Shown here piece after piece: positions 11,184 to 23,369 of a DNA stretch of 64,000 nt. The notes under the pieces were generated by a model. It was not told the DNA's origin and did no database searches. It worked only from the letters and a program-made list of their open reading frames with translations. Within the stretch, counting starts at the first letter, position 1. The number at the start of each line of letters is the position of its first letter. The stretch is from Chiloscyllium plagiosum (lineage: Eukaryota), in NCBI RefSeq assembly GCF_004010195.1, contig NC_057712.1, positions 78,015,929 through 78,079,928 on the forward strand. The letters run 5' to 3'. The position numbers were made by a program, and so were the translations under genes.

Positions 11184-12996
11184 GCAACGGATACAATAGC
11201 TGATATTAGTGGATGTGCAGGTAAAACTTTGATGGATGTGGAAAGCTCCTTTGGGGCCTTGGATGGAGGTGAGGGAGGAGGTGTGGGCGCAGGTTTTACA
11301 GTTCCTGCGGTGGCAGGGGAAAGTGCCAGGATGGGAGGGTGGGTCGTGGGGGGGCGTGGACCTGACCAGGTAGTCACGGAGGGAACGGTCTTTGCGGAAG
11401 GCGGAGAGGGGTGGGGATGGAAATATATCCCTGGTGGTGGGGTCTGTTTGGAGGTGGCGGAAATGTCGGCGGATGATTTGGTTTATGCGGAGGTTGGTAG
11501 GGTGGAAGGTGAGCACCAGGGGTGTTCTGTCCTTGTTGCGGTTGGAGGGGTTGGGTCTGGGGGCGGAGGTGCGGGATGTGGATGAGATGCGTTGGAGGGC
11601 ATCTTTAACCACGTGGGAAGGGAAATTGTGGTCTCTAAAGAAGGAGGCCATCTGGTGGAACTGGTCCTCCTGGGAGCAGATCCGGCGGAGGCGGAGGAAT
11701 TGGGAATACGGGATGGCATTTTTGCAAGAGGTAGGGTGGGAAGTGGTGTAATCCAGGTAGCTGTGGGAGTTGGTGGGTTTGTAAAAAATGTCAGTGTCAA
11801 GTCTGTCGTCACTGATGGAGATGGAGAGGTCCAGGAAGGGGAGCCAGGTGTCGGAGATGGTCCAGGTAAATTTAAGGTCAGGGTGGAATGTGTTGGTGAA
11901 GTTGATGAATTGCTCAACCTCCTCGTGGGAGCACAAGGTGGCGCCAATGCAGTCATCAATGTAGCGGAGGAAGAGGTGGGGAGTGGTGCCGGTGTAATTA
12001 CAGAAGATCAACTGCTCTACGTAGCCAACAAAGAGACAGGCATAGCTGGGGCCCATACGTGTGTGCCCATGGCTACCCCTTTGGTCTGGAGGAAGTGGGA
12101 AGATTCAAAGGAAAAATTGTTAAGGGTGAGGACCAGTTTGGCCAAACGAATGAGAGTGTCGGTGGAAGGGTACTGTTGGGGATGTCTGGAGAGGAAAAAA
12201 CGGAGGGCTTGGAGGCCCTGGTCATGGCAGATGGAGGTGTAGAGGGATTGGATATCCATGGTGAAGATGAGGCGTTGAGGGCCCAGGAAACGGAAGTCTT
12301 GGAGGAGGTGGAGGGCGTGGGTGGTGTCTCGAACGTATGTGGGGAGTTCCTGGACTAGGGGGGATAGGACAGTGTTGAGGTAGGTAGAGATGTGTTCAGT
12401 GGGGCAGGAGTATGCTGAGACAATGGGTCGGCCAGGGTGGTCAGGCTTGTGGATCTTGGGAAGGAGGTAGAACCGGGCAGTGCGGGGTTCCCGGACTGTG
12501 AGGTTGGAAGCTGTGGGTGGGAGATCTCCTGAGGTGATGAGGTTCTGTATGGTCTGGGAGATGATGGTTTGGTGATGGGGGGTGGGGTCATGGTCGAGGG
12601 GGCAGTAGGAAGAGGTGTCCGCGAGTTGGCGTTTGGCTTCAGCGGTGTAGAGGTCAGTGCGCCAGAATTTACCTTCAGTTACTTGGCTCCTTCATAAACA
12701 AGGCATGTTTTTTTGTACAAATAAAGCCTCTTCTGCAAGGCTGAAGAGACTGTAACTGATAAGAGGCTTGACAATGGGCTTGCTTCAGCCATTGTGTTTG
12801 CCTTGTTTGCGTTGATTTTTGACTTTGTGAGGTGTTGCCGGTCTCTGTGAGCCAAGTTTATGTGTGTTGACAAAGGTACAGCAGAGACACTTACAGCCCT
12901 ATAAAACTCAATTAGTTTATTAATTATTTAAATGAATAACACATGCTTTAAACTCCTAGTGATATTTCAATCACTGTGTTTCATTGTCTTGGGTTC

Positions 12997-13356
12997 TGTA
13001 ACAAATGCCAAACATTATTACCCAAGAGAGTTGGCAGCTGGCTAGGCTTCACCACACCTCCTGACGTGGAATTCTGCTGAGTCATTCACGTCAGCTGAGA
13101 GCTCGGAATGGAGGAAATCAGCAGCTGCCTCAGCCAAATAAGGACAAAAGTCAGGATTGGTCGCGTTCATGGAGAATTCAAAATAATGTGTACACTTAGC
13201 AGGTAAAGCAGCCTAGAAAGCCCCCTACCCCTAGAACTCAAGACAACAACACAGCAAGAGGTACCCTATGTCAGGAGGTGTGGTGAAAACTTCAAGACGT
13301 GTTCCAGCCTGGGCAGCTGCCAACTCTCTTGGGTATAATGTTTGGGGTTTGTTACA
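12997..13356. mobile_element. Non-autonomous TIR element with TGT...ACA ends (Ginger-like MITE?)
   Basis: Inverted termini ~70-90 bp (tgtaacaaa..ccaaacattat(t)acccaagagagttggcagctg...caccacacctcctgac); flanks gttc/attc. Confidence 0.65.
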
Positions 13357-14462
13357 ATTCCCCACCTCCACCTTATCTGCTCCCAGGAGGAGCAATTCCA
13401 TTCCAGGACATCCAAGATCGCATCCTATTTCTAGGACCGCAATTTCCCTTTCCACATGATCAACAGTACCCTCTGGCCCTGCCTCTTAGTAGGATATGTT
13501 GAATAATCCATCCCCCACTGTTACACTGGCACCATCACCCACCTTTTCTTCTGTTACATTGATGACTGAATTGGCATCACCTCGTACTCCCACAAGGAGG
13601 TTGAATAGTTCATCAACTTCACTAACACCTTCCACCCTGACCTTAAGTTCACCTGGACTATTTTGGACACCTCCCTCCCCTTCCTGGACCTCTCCATCTC
13701 CATCTCTGGTGACAGATTCAACACACACATCTATTTCAAAACTAAAGACTCTCACAGTTACATTCAGTCATCAATGTAACTAAAGAAAAGGTGGGTGATG
13801 GTGCCAGTGTAACAGTGGAGGATGGACTATTCAACATATCCTACTAAGAGGCAGGGCCAGAGGGTACTGTTGATCATGTGGAAGGGAAAATTGCGGTCCT
13901 AGAAATAGGATGCGATCTTGGATGTCCTGGAATGGAATTGCTCCTTCCACCATTCCCCTTGTAAAAATGCTATCCCTTACTCGAATTCCTCCACCTCCAC
14001 CGCATCTACTCCCAGGCGGAGCAATTCCACTCCAGGATATCCCAGATTGTCTCCTATTTCCAGGACAACAATTTCCACTCCCACGTGATCAACGATGCCC
14101 TCCAGCACATCTCCTCCACTTCCCGCATCTCTACACTTGAACCCCACCCCTCCAACCATAACAAAGATAGAATCCCTCCCCCCAGTCCTCACCTTCCATC
14201 CCACTAATTTCAGGATACAGAGCTTATCCTTCGCCACCTACAGTTGGAACCCACCACCACAGACATATTTCCCTCCCCATCCCTATCTGCATTCAGCAGA
14301 GATCATTCCCTCTGTGACTTCCTCATTAGTTCCGTGCCACCCACCAACTCACCCTCCACTCCTCGCATTTTCCCTTGCCACTGCAAGAGGTGTAAAAACT
14401 ACACCCACACCTACCCCCCTCACATCTTTCCAAGGCCCCAAAAGATCTTTTCACATTCGGCA
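13357..14462 (+). mobile_element. Rearranged PLE RT fragment with internal inverted duplication (13389-13571 / 13762-13944)
   Basis: Homologous to 11250-12030; ~183-bp inverted repeat read directly. Confidence 0.85.
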
Positions 14463-14519
14463 CAATAATACCATGCATTTCTGGATCTACCTGCAGGAAC
14501 TGCATTGTAATGATTAATT

Positions 14520-14705
14520 CCAGCTCTTGAACTTTAGAGGCTAGTACAATTACAACATTTAAAAGGAATCTGGATGTGTATATGAATAGGAAGGGTTTAG
14601 AAGGAAATGGGCCAAATGCTACAAATGGGACGAGATTAATTTAGAATATCTGGTTGGCATGGATGAGTTGGACTAAAGAGTGTGTTTCCACTCCGTACAT
14701 CTCTT
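14520..14705 (+). mobile_element. CR1 3' end fragment
   Basis: acatttaaaaggaatctggatgtgtatatgaataggaaggg..., shared with 34570-34730 and 47940-48130. Confidence 0.8.
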
Positions 14706-15179
14706 TAACATTATCTGTCAATCTAACCCTGCTACTAAACTTCTCTCCCCCATCAATGTGAATGTGATAAATAATGTTTGCTGGTTTCAAACAAAATTAT
14801 ATTGAGCTGCCTTCCGTAATTGTCATTTCAGATTTGAAAAATTGATTGTTATAATTCAGAAAAATGTAGTTTATCATATTTGAGATTGCGACTTGATGTT
14901 AAATTACTCGACCTTACTGGATTCAGTTAGACTGCTCACTCAGTGGGTGTTCCTGTAATTGAATACTTCTAGTTTTCTTCTAGTTATTGCAATTTTGCTC
15001 TGGTACTAAGCTAAAGATGCACTTTAATCAAAAACATCAATCATGGAAACTGGAAATTATGACCTACGCTTATTATTGAAGCTGGATTAACACAGATGGC
15101 CTTAGTCATTAATGAATTCTCCTCACCATTCACACACATACCTTGGTTTGTGTCACCAGCAAACTTGGCAATATTATAT

Positions 15180-16850
15180 CTGATTCCATATATTGTAAAC
15201 AACTGGTTCCCGAGCACTGATCCTGTAGCACCCAACTTGTCACAATCTTCCACTTCGAAAACCAACCAATCTAATTCGACTCTGTTTCCTGTCTGCTACC
15301 TAATTCACAAACCATGCCACCACCAATCCTATATATTTTTATTTTGAACATTAACACCTTATCAAAATCTTTCTGAAAATCCAAATCCAAAAATCCATAG
15401 CCATGGTTTCCTCTCATCTACGCTACTAGTGATGCCCTCAAAACCTCCAGTAGATATGACAAACATGATTTCCCTTCTATAAATCCATTTTGGCTTTGTA
15501 CTATGCTGTTGGTATTTTCTAGGTATCCTGATATCATGTCCTTCAATATTAGGCTCCAAAGTTTTCTACTACTGTATCATAATTCCTGGTTTTGTCACTC
15601 ATTCCTTTTTTAAACAGTGAGGTTAAATTTGCCACTCTCCAATACAACACAGTAAATACAGCACAGGAACAGGCCCTTCAGACCACCAAACCTGCGCTGA
15701 TTTCTAATCCTTATTTAGACCCATATTGCCCACACGTGCTTTCTATCCCTCTCTTCACCTCCCATTCATCTATCTATCTAGATGCGTCTTACATGCCTGC
15801 TCCAACCACCTCCCCGGCAGTGCGTTCCAGGCACCCACCACTCTCTGTGTGAAAACCTTTCCTCACACTTTTCCCCTAAACCTTCCCCTCTTACCTTGAG
15901 CCTGCGCCCTCTTGTGATTGACCTTTCCACCCTTGGCAAAAACCTTTGACACTCCACGCTGTCTATGCCTCTCATACTTTTGTAGACCTCTATCAGCCTC
16001 CATCTTTCCAGTGAAAACAATCTGAGTTTGTTTAAATTTTCCTCATAACTAAAACCTCCAGAGTAGGCAACATCCTGGTAAACCTTCCCTGCACCCACTG
16101 CATCCAATTGACTGGAAATGTGGCAAAATCTCTAGAATTTTAAAATATTAGAACCAATGCAACCAATATTTCCATGACCACCTCCTTTCATACCCTGGGA
16201 TGTAAATTATCAGGACCTAGGGATTTATCCACTTTCAATCTCATTTAATTCTCCAGCATATTTGTTATTTACTTAATACTATTCCCCTTCAATGTCTTTT
16301 TCCCAATAGATCCCTGTCTCCCTAGTATTTATGGGAAAAGATTTGTGTCTTCTTCTGTGAAGAAAGAACTAAGGAAATTGTTTAATTACTGTTCCAGTTC
16401 CTTGTTCTCCCTTATCAATTCTCCTGTTTCAAACTGTAATAGCCCTAATTTGTCTTCACCAATACTATTCTTTTACATCCTCTCACTTCACTATTACATC
16501 CCTATGAGTTTATTCTCATACACTATTTTTCTTTATCAATCCTTTGCCCTCCTTTATTGAATCTGAAATTGTTCATTATTCCCAGGTCTTCCGTTTTTTC
16601 CACCAAATTTATATGCCCTCTCTTTGGATCTAATGCAACCTTAATTTTCATTGTAAATCATGGTTGGGCCACTTTTCCTGTTACGTTCTTTCACCTAAAA
16701 GGATTATATAAACACCATAATGCATGTATTCATTTCTTAAATTTTAATTATCATCTATCCTCTGTCATGTCTTTTAATGATCTATCAGTCTAACAATCAA
16801 TCCTAGCCAAGTCACACCTCATGCTTTCATAGTTTCCTCTGTTTACATTT
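15180..16850 (-). mobile_element. Old CR1 fragments with a younger CR1 3' end nested at ~15645-16110
   Basis: IAKFAGDT (degenerate FADD); LFSLERWRLIEVYKSMRGID in ORF 15778-16107. Confidence 0.75.
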
Positions 16851-17159
16851 AGTTTCATTCATTTAAAGTTATTTCTGTAGTTAACAGTGTAAATTAATAT
16901 GCAGCTTAATAGGGCAAGGAAGAATCATCCTGCTCCTCCCACTTCTAGAATTAGGTTCTGGGCATAAGTCCCCAAGATGAACCTTCTTGCCCCATTGCCA
17001 ATTTAGGCCTTAATATGGTCAATTAATGATCTGCTCTTGTTTTGTAATTCAAGCAGTAAGCATGCTTGATGTGCTCTCTGACTAAGGTAGTCAGTGGATT
17101 TCTCTGACTTAGTCTGAAAATACCATCCTGCATCTCTTTAAATAATTTCATAAATTTAG

Positions 17160-17995
17160 CATCTTCATCATCATCGGTGGTCCCTTGCAGATGAAGATGA
17201 CTCTCTTCCACTCTCAGGGTGAGTCTGTAGGTGGCAGCCACAGGCTTTTTACACTTGATGTAAAAGGTGGTCACTGGAAGAGGTGGGTGGAGGGTTGGGG
17301 AGACAGTGTGCTCCTTATGCTGTTTTCGCTTGGCTTCCACCTTTTTTCCCTGACAGCAATTCTTCAGATGCTCAATATCTTCCCAAATGCTTCTCCTGCA
17401 CTTTGGTCAGTCGTGGACCAGTGATTCCTAGGTGTCTGTTGGAATGCTGCACTTCACCAGTGAGGCCTTGTGGGTATCACTGAAGCACTTCCTCTGTCCA
17501 ACAGGGGCTTGTCTGCCATTTCAGAGCTGAGAGTAGAGTACCTGCTTGGGGAGTCTCATGTCAGTTATGTGGATGATGTGTCCAGCCCATTGTAGCCAAT
17601 CAAGGATGCTCAGTGCCTCGATGCTGGGGATGTTGGCCTGTTCAAGGACACTGGTGTTTCTTCCCAGCAGATTCGCAGGCTCTTGCACAAACAGCATTGG
17701 TAGTACTGCTCTATCACCTTGAGGTCACTGCTGTAGACAGTCCGTGTCGCACAGCAAAATAGGAGGGCAGGAACCACCTCAGCTCTGTAAATCATGAGTT
17801 TGATATCAGCTCTGATGTTGTTGTTCTCAAGCACCCTTTTGTTCGGGTGGCTGAAAGCTGTGCTAGCACACTGGAAGTGCTACTGTATCTCTTCATTAAT
17901 AGCTGCTTTGGCTGACAGGACATTCCCGAGGTATGGACAGTTGGCAACATTCTCTAAGGCCTCCCTGGATGTTCGCTCCATAATGCGATGCCAGC
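17160..17995 (-). mobile_element. RTE-clade LINE 3' fragment
   Basis: KLMIYRAEVVPALLF...LKVIEQYYQCCLCKSLRICWEE is typical of the RTE RT C-terminus; (CAT)n tail near 17160. Confidence 0.8.
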
Positions 17996-18140
17996 AATCA
18001 TTGAAAGATTCACTGATGTGATATAGTTTGTCAAGGAATTTGCTGCCACATTTTCTGAGATCTGTCTAATTTCACCCATTTGGGGTTCATTGGATTGCAG
18101 GTACTGGATTGTCAATGCACTTGGCCATTGTACTACTTTT

Positions 18141-18410
18141 CAAACGTCGATTCTCCTGTTCCCTAGATGCTGCCTGACCTGCTGCGCTTCTCCAGCAACA
18201 CATTTCCATCTCTGATCTCCAGCATCTGCAGACCTCATTTTCTCTTCAAAGATTTCAACCTACTGCGAATCCTCTTACAAGGATGCCTTCCTTGAAGAAG
18301 CTCTCTTTCTATCTTAGCCTGCTGGCCTGAAGAAGGGCTAATGCCCGAAACGTCGCCCTAGATGCTGCCTGACCTGCTGCGCTTCTCCAGCAACACATTT
18401 CCATCTATAG
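18141..18410 (+). mobile_element. PLE pLTR tandem remnant with hammerhead (18326-18355)
   Basis: ~51-bp direct repeat at 18161-18211 and 18357-18407; CTGAAGAagggctaatgcccGAAAcgTC. Confidence 0.8.
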
Positions 18411-18481
18411 ACTATAATCGTCTGGCAGGAAATCAGCATTAAAATCACCTCATTTCAAATGATTTTTCATTTATCTCCAAG

Positions 18482-18670
18482 AAGCTGTAGGTGCTTTGTC
18501 TATTACAAAGACAGCAATGTTTGTTGACGTGTAAGGAAGAACATCTTAGTGTTTTTACAAAAAAACATAGTAAGTGATGTACTTAAATGACGGAGGCTAT
18601 GAAGTGAGCTACTCTGAGAGTCCGAAAAAGAGATTGAAATGCACTGGACTGTCAAATAAGAAAATAGCAA
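18482..18670 (+). pseudogene. Dynein HC-like exon, end of stalk CC2
   Basis: RRL*SELL*ESEKEIEMHWTVK*ENS resembles LERAEKLIGGLGGEKTRWTE. Phase-2 junction aa|g joins in frame to LLGKALL of the next exon (donor gtagtc is weak). Confidence 0.5.
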
Positions 18671-18876
18671 GTAGTCAATTTAAAAGCAAGAGCTAAAATG
18701 TTTAAGATTTGCTTTATTTATTCATTTCTTGACTTGGAAGAACTGGATTATAACATGAAGTCAATGATTTGATTCTAAATATTACTAAATGTTCAATGAT
18801 GCAAGATTTCAATTAAAAATTACAAGCATGTCATGTAATTGAAAGTCAAATTTTATATGCTTTTCATGTTTCTAAG

Positions 18877-19834
18877 GCTCCTGGGTAAAGCTTTGCTAAT
18901 TAAACCATTTCTGACATCACATGGTCAATTATGTTTTGTCTGAATGATCCGTTTAAGATGACTTTCCGATATCTATTCATGATGCAGGTTATTTTACTCA
19001 ATACATGGAAAACTTGAAGCAAGTAAGCAAGTTACTAGGTCATTCCAAATTTATTGCCTATGGAGATGATGTTAGTCTGAAGGACATTGATGACAAAGTG
19101 ACCTTAAAGGAATTCTTTGGATGTACATTATTTTTAAAGTCTGATATTTATCTTTATTGGATTTGATTCCTGAGGTCACAAAGATGCAAGTTATATTAAA
19201 AAATGAATAAATGATATTATTCCCGTGGAATCAGCAGACTGTGGATGTTCCCATTTCAATTGATTTGGAGTCAGAACTGCAAACCAATCTGATCACAAAA
19301 GGACTGCCTGATGTAGGCTTGCCATCTGTCTGCTCCCACGGCAAATGGCATGCTGAGAACAGCTGCACAAACAGCCCTAAGTGTTTGGAATGTGTGATGC
19401 AGATGTAAAGCATTTCACTGATGGACTTACCCCAGGCAGGGCAGATGTTCCTCATCACAATATTTGTTACCTTTTTATTAATGGATGTGATTAATTGCTC
19501 TTACATCATCAAGTATTTGAGAAACGGAATGCAAAGCAGCTATGATCACAGTTTGTATATTGCTACTGGAATCATAGCAAGTATTTGGAGCAATAATTAT
19601 TTTCCAGGTGAACTTAGAAGTTGAAGACTTAACCATAATAAGGGCAATTGAATAATTTTAGTCACACTTTTTTTAAAGAAAGTTGAAGGAAATAATATGC
19701 CTTCAACGATAAAACATACCGGATGCTCTGGCAAAAGTACTGATCAAGAAATTCAGGTTTTTCAGGAATTATTGCCGAACACTTTAGTTCCAGAATATAT
19801 CAAGTCACAGGTTTTCCAAGTTAACAGCAGAACT
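18877..19834 (+). pseudogene. Dynein HC-like long exon, AAA5
   Basis: LLGKALLIKPFLTSHG resembles LLGDVLLSAAFLSYLG. LITKGLPD resembles WNLQGLPSD. SLMDLPQAGQMFL resembles PLMIDPQGQANKWI. YIIKYLRNGMQ resembles YLRTLENAIQ. VPEYIKSQVFQVN resembles LPEVSVKVTLLNF. Acceptor tttcatgtttctaag|, donor act|gtaagt. Confidence 0.7.
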
Positions 19835-21232
19835 GTAAGTAACAGAAGCAGATATTAGAATTTTGGCTGTGGGGAGGCAGGGAAGATCACTGAGGACTAT
19901 TCACAGCCCACTTAATTTCCCATCCATTGTGACAAATAGAAAATTATGAGCAACAGAAACAGCATATTGACCTCTGACCCAAAATTGGTAATAGTAGGTG
20001 CCAATATTATGGAGACACTATGCCAAGCATACTAAATTGTCAAATTTTCCCCGGAAACTTCCAAATGATTTAACATACAGCAGCCTTACCATTACAGGAA
20101 AGTGATTACACAGACCAGACAAAATCACTAGTGATGTTTATAAGCAGTTATCAATTTGCAACTCTACACATTAAAAGAGTTGTAGAAATTCTACATGTTC
20201 ATAACTTTTTCAGTTTGACAGAAGACAATCGACAGACTTTGCCACTGGGAGGTTGAAGGTAGGGGTGCTTGTAAAATCCAGAACATAGCCATACAGCCAC
20301 CTACCCATGTAATGCCAAATCTTTGTGAAAATTTACTGTGGTGGGGGACAAGCTAGGTTGGCAGCCTGTATGGTCTTGCGTCTTTTCAGACCGTTAAGAG
20401 GCAAATTATTAGCCACTTAATTGCCCCATCCTACCTCAGGAGACCCATGTGTTGTGGAACCTGTTGCTGCGTGGGCTGATGTCAGCATGTAGGGTGGGGA
20501 GAATCTTCTCTGCAGGGCCCAGTCCTGATTTACGTAGCCACCTTGAACTCCCCACAACAAAGAAAGATCACACCACACTTCCCCCCAGCCTCACCATCTC
20601 CCCCTACTCCACACTTCACTTTCCCGTTGCTGGCTTCTCCAATCAATCACTCCATAGCCCTCACCAGGGACTGGCAGCTTGATTGGAGTGGCAAAGCTCA
20701 TTTCCTTCCATCATCCAGGGGCAAATTCCATTAGTCAGGGCCTGTAGTTCCCAGCAGTGTCCAATACTGTCAAGCTGGCACTGTTGGTACCATAGGCTGC
20801 CAGGCTTTTGATTGATCAACAGCTCTATGAGGTGGGACTTCCTGTCCCAGAGTTCCTGTCATGGCCAATTGGCTGTTAAGTGAAAGTGAAGCAGCAGTTT
20901 GTTCCATAGGCACTCTGTAGGCCAGCTTTTTAGCTACCAGGGAACCAGAATACCCTGCACAATCCAATCTAATGTATTTTCCCCTTTGGCTGTGGACAAA
21001 TCATTATCAGTGACACAGGATGTTACATTAGAGTTATAAGTAATAAGGAAGATACAAAAGATCAAAGAATAACTTTCCTCTCTTATACTCTGTAAAAGCT
21101 GCAGACTCTTTCAGGATACCCCCAACTGCAAATATACAAGCGAAAGGACTGTAAGATTCCCCCATCACCTCAGTTTGTATTAATCAATAATAGTGTTTGC
21201 AGCTTGTCTCTGTAGCACTGTTATTTTATCAG

Positions 21233-22152
21233 ATATCCAAATTGACTCAATGCCAAGTGTAGATGCAATAGCACAATGTATTCTAAAATTCCATAAGATT
21301 GATAGAACTCAAATCAATTATTAAGAGCAAGGTTATTCAATGCAGTGACAAGGAGAGAGAAAATTCTAATGTTTTGATGTATGATTTTCCATTGAAAACA
21401 GAAAAAGGCAACAATGTAGAAACACCTTTTATTGTAAGGGAGTGTATTTCCACAAGTTGTTTCTCCCAAAGCTGCACTGTAATTGTCAGAAAAGACACAG
21501 AATCTTCAGAAGAAAAGCTCCAAGCCAGGGTCTCTGCGACACTTACACTGGGGTACGGCAGTCGGGGCAAGTCGCCACATATCCACCAGACCTCCAAAAC
21601 CTGAGATCCTTTCATTACTCAAAATCAGTCTTTCAACTCACTTAGTCTGCCACTAAGGCTTCTGTTTATCTTCAACAGATTTAATTTGGAGGAGCGTGCA
21701 CGATACACAGTGAGGAAATTCTCCATGGGAAACTAATCTTATATACTGTTGATTTGAAGAAAAAACAGAATATAACCAGACACAAAAAGGGCCAAAATGA
21801 CAATTGATTTTGTGACAATTGAGGGTATGTTTCACTGAGCATGGGTTCAGACATCAACAAGTTAGAAAAGGATGTCTCTCGGTGAACATCAGCAAGTGGT
21901 TTACCACAGAAATAATGTCACACAGAGAATTTTGGCATTGGTTTTACATTCAAATGCTCTATCATGCTGTTTAATCCAGTGAGAAACATGACAGCATAAC
22001 TATTTCAGGACCAGGGAAAGCACCTGCATGACCAAGTTGATGAAATCTCTTCACAATCCTATTAACTCCAAGGAGCAGAGGTACAGATGAAGTCAGGAAC
22101 TATTTCGATTTATGTAAAACACATATTAGGAATGCTCCAGCAGACTTTGACT
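21233..22152 (+). pseudogene. Dynein HC-like long exon, buttress / AAA5 small subdomain
   Basis: TEKGNNVETPFIV resembles SSEGNILEDETAI. CDTYTGVRQSGQVATYPPDLQNLRSFHYSKSVF resembles [21 protein letters not shown]..IDPMYQYSLxxF. Also NLEERAR and SMGSDIN...SKWFTTE. Acceptor ttattttatcag|. The 3' boundary is uncertain. Confidence 0.7.
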
Positions 22153-23369
22153 GTAAAGGTGTCAAGAAACATGTCCAAAATAGAGTGTCATACACCATTG
22201 TGACATTCTACATCAATACTTAGTCCATTCTAATATTTTATTTAAGTATTTACAAATTCTTAAAGTTTCAGAAAAGCTTTTAAAGTCAACCTTGGTGCTT
22301 AGTGATAAACCTTTGTTTTTCTTTATCAATTTTACAGTTGATAGTATTCTCCCCCGGGTCAGATAAATGTGGGATTGAATTTCATACCACTGCTTCAGAA
22401 TCATGTATGAATATGAATTCAATACAATGTTGGCTGAGTGCTTTATTATTGGCAATACTTGATGGGGTTGATTAATTACGTTTTAGAATCACTGGAATTG
22501 TATAAGCAATTGGGTTAACCAAATGTGGAATAGCATATTACACACATCAAAGAAAAGGATTAATGTATGGAATGAAAAGTACAGAATGATCTAACCGTAA
22601 CCTGACCAGGGGACTACATGCAGGTCAAATATGAGCTAATGTCTGCCCTAGGCTTTACAATAATATCTGTTCTAATCTTAGAGAGAGAGAAGAAAATGGG
22701 ATCAGCAAATATCTTTCAGATGGAGAAGGCAGCTCTCAATAAAACCAAAATAGGGAAGGTGACTAGAGAAAGGATCACCAAAACGGAGAATATTTAAGGA
22801 TTGCGGATGAGACTGCATACAGGCAGTCATTTCTCAAGCACAGCTAACATTCAGCATAGCTAAAATTTGCATAGAATATTATGTGTATGCATCATGGTCT
22901 CTATTTGCACTTACAAAAATGGCTCAGATTTTGTGGTGAATGGTGAAGTGAAGGCGCTTATTGCTGACCATGAAGTAAGCCTCACACATGAACATAATGA
23001 TCTCCCTGTGCAGTGGTAATACAACTGGTTTCAGTGTCCTTTACTGGTCATTCCAAATATGAAGCAGCCAATCACATTAAAGGAATGTTGAAAACATAAA
23101 ACCAAAATGCAAAAACAAAATCACTTCTAGATTTTTTAAAATCTGCTAATTTATTATTCAACAGCATTACATAATAATAAAATTGTATTTTCAGGGCCAT
23201 TCATTCTAATTTTCTTTACATTTTATTAATTACAAGATAATTAAAACCACAGTTACACCTGATTGATGACAATATAACATTTAAAGGAATTTCAAACAGT
23301 AACATAGGGATGGAAAAGTTGACATTATCAGATATTTTAGTGATTGCTGAGTATGGGATGGGAGGACTA

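Larger units (their letters stand above)
10948..12670 (-). mobile_element. Young 5'-truncated Penelope-like retroelement (RT, GIY-YIG start, pLTR)
   Basis: RT motifs MDIQSLYTSI, GVAMGT/MGPSYA and FLRYIDD; CHRRNCKTC; frameshift near 12058; exact 16-bp TSD accttcagttacttgg at 10932-10947 and 12671-12686. Confidence 0.95.

Noticed and set aside
11229-12358. Long plus-strand ORFs (118-216 aa)
   Set aside because: Antisense shadows of the GC-rich PLE ORF.
19045-19080. KFIAYGDDVSL resembles picornavirus RdRp motif C (MIAYGDDV), suggesting an endogenous viral element
   Set aside because: No motif A or B (SG...T...N) upstream, and the flanks fit dynein AAA5 in collinear context.
18957-21330. Fleeting resemblance to GREB1-family motifs (FPISIHD, MPSV)
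   Set aside because: Isolated short matches in non-collinear order; dynein explains far more segments.
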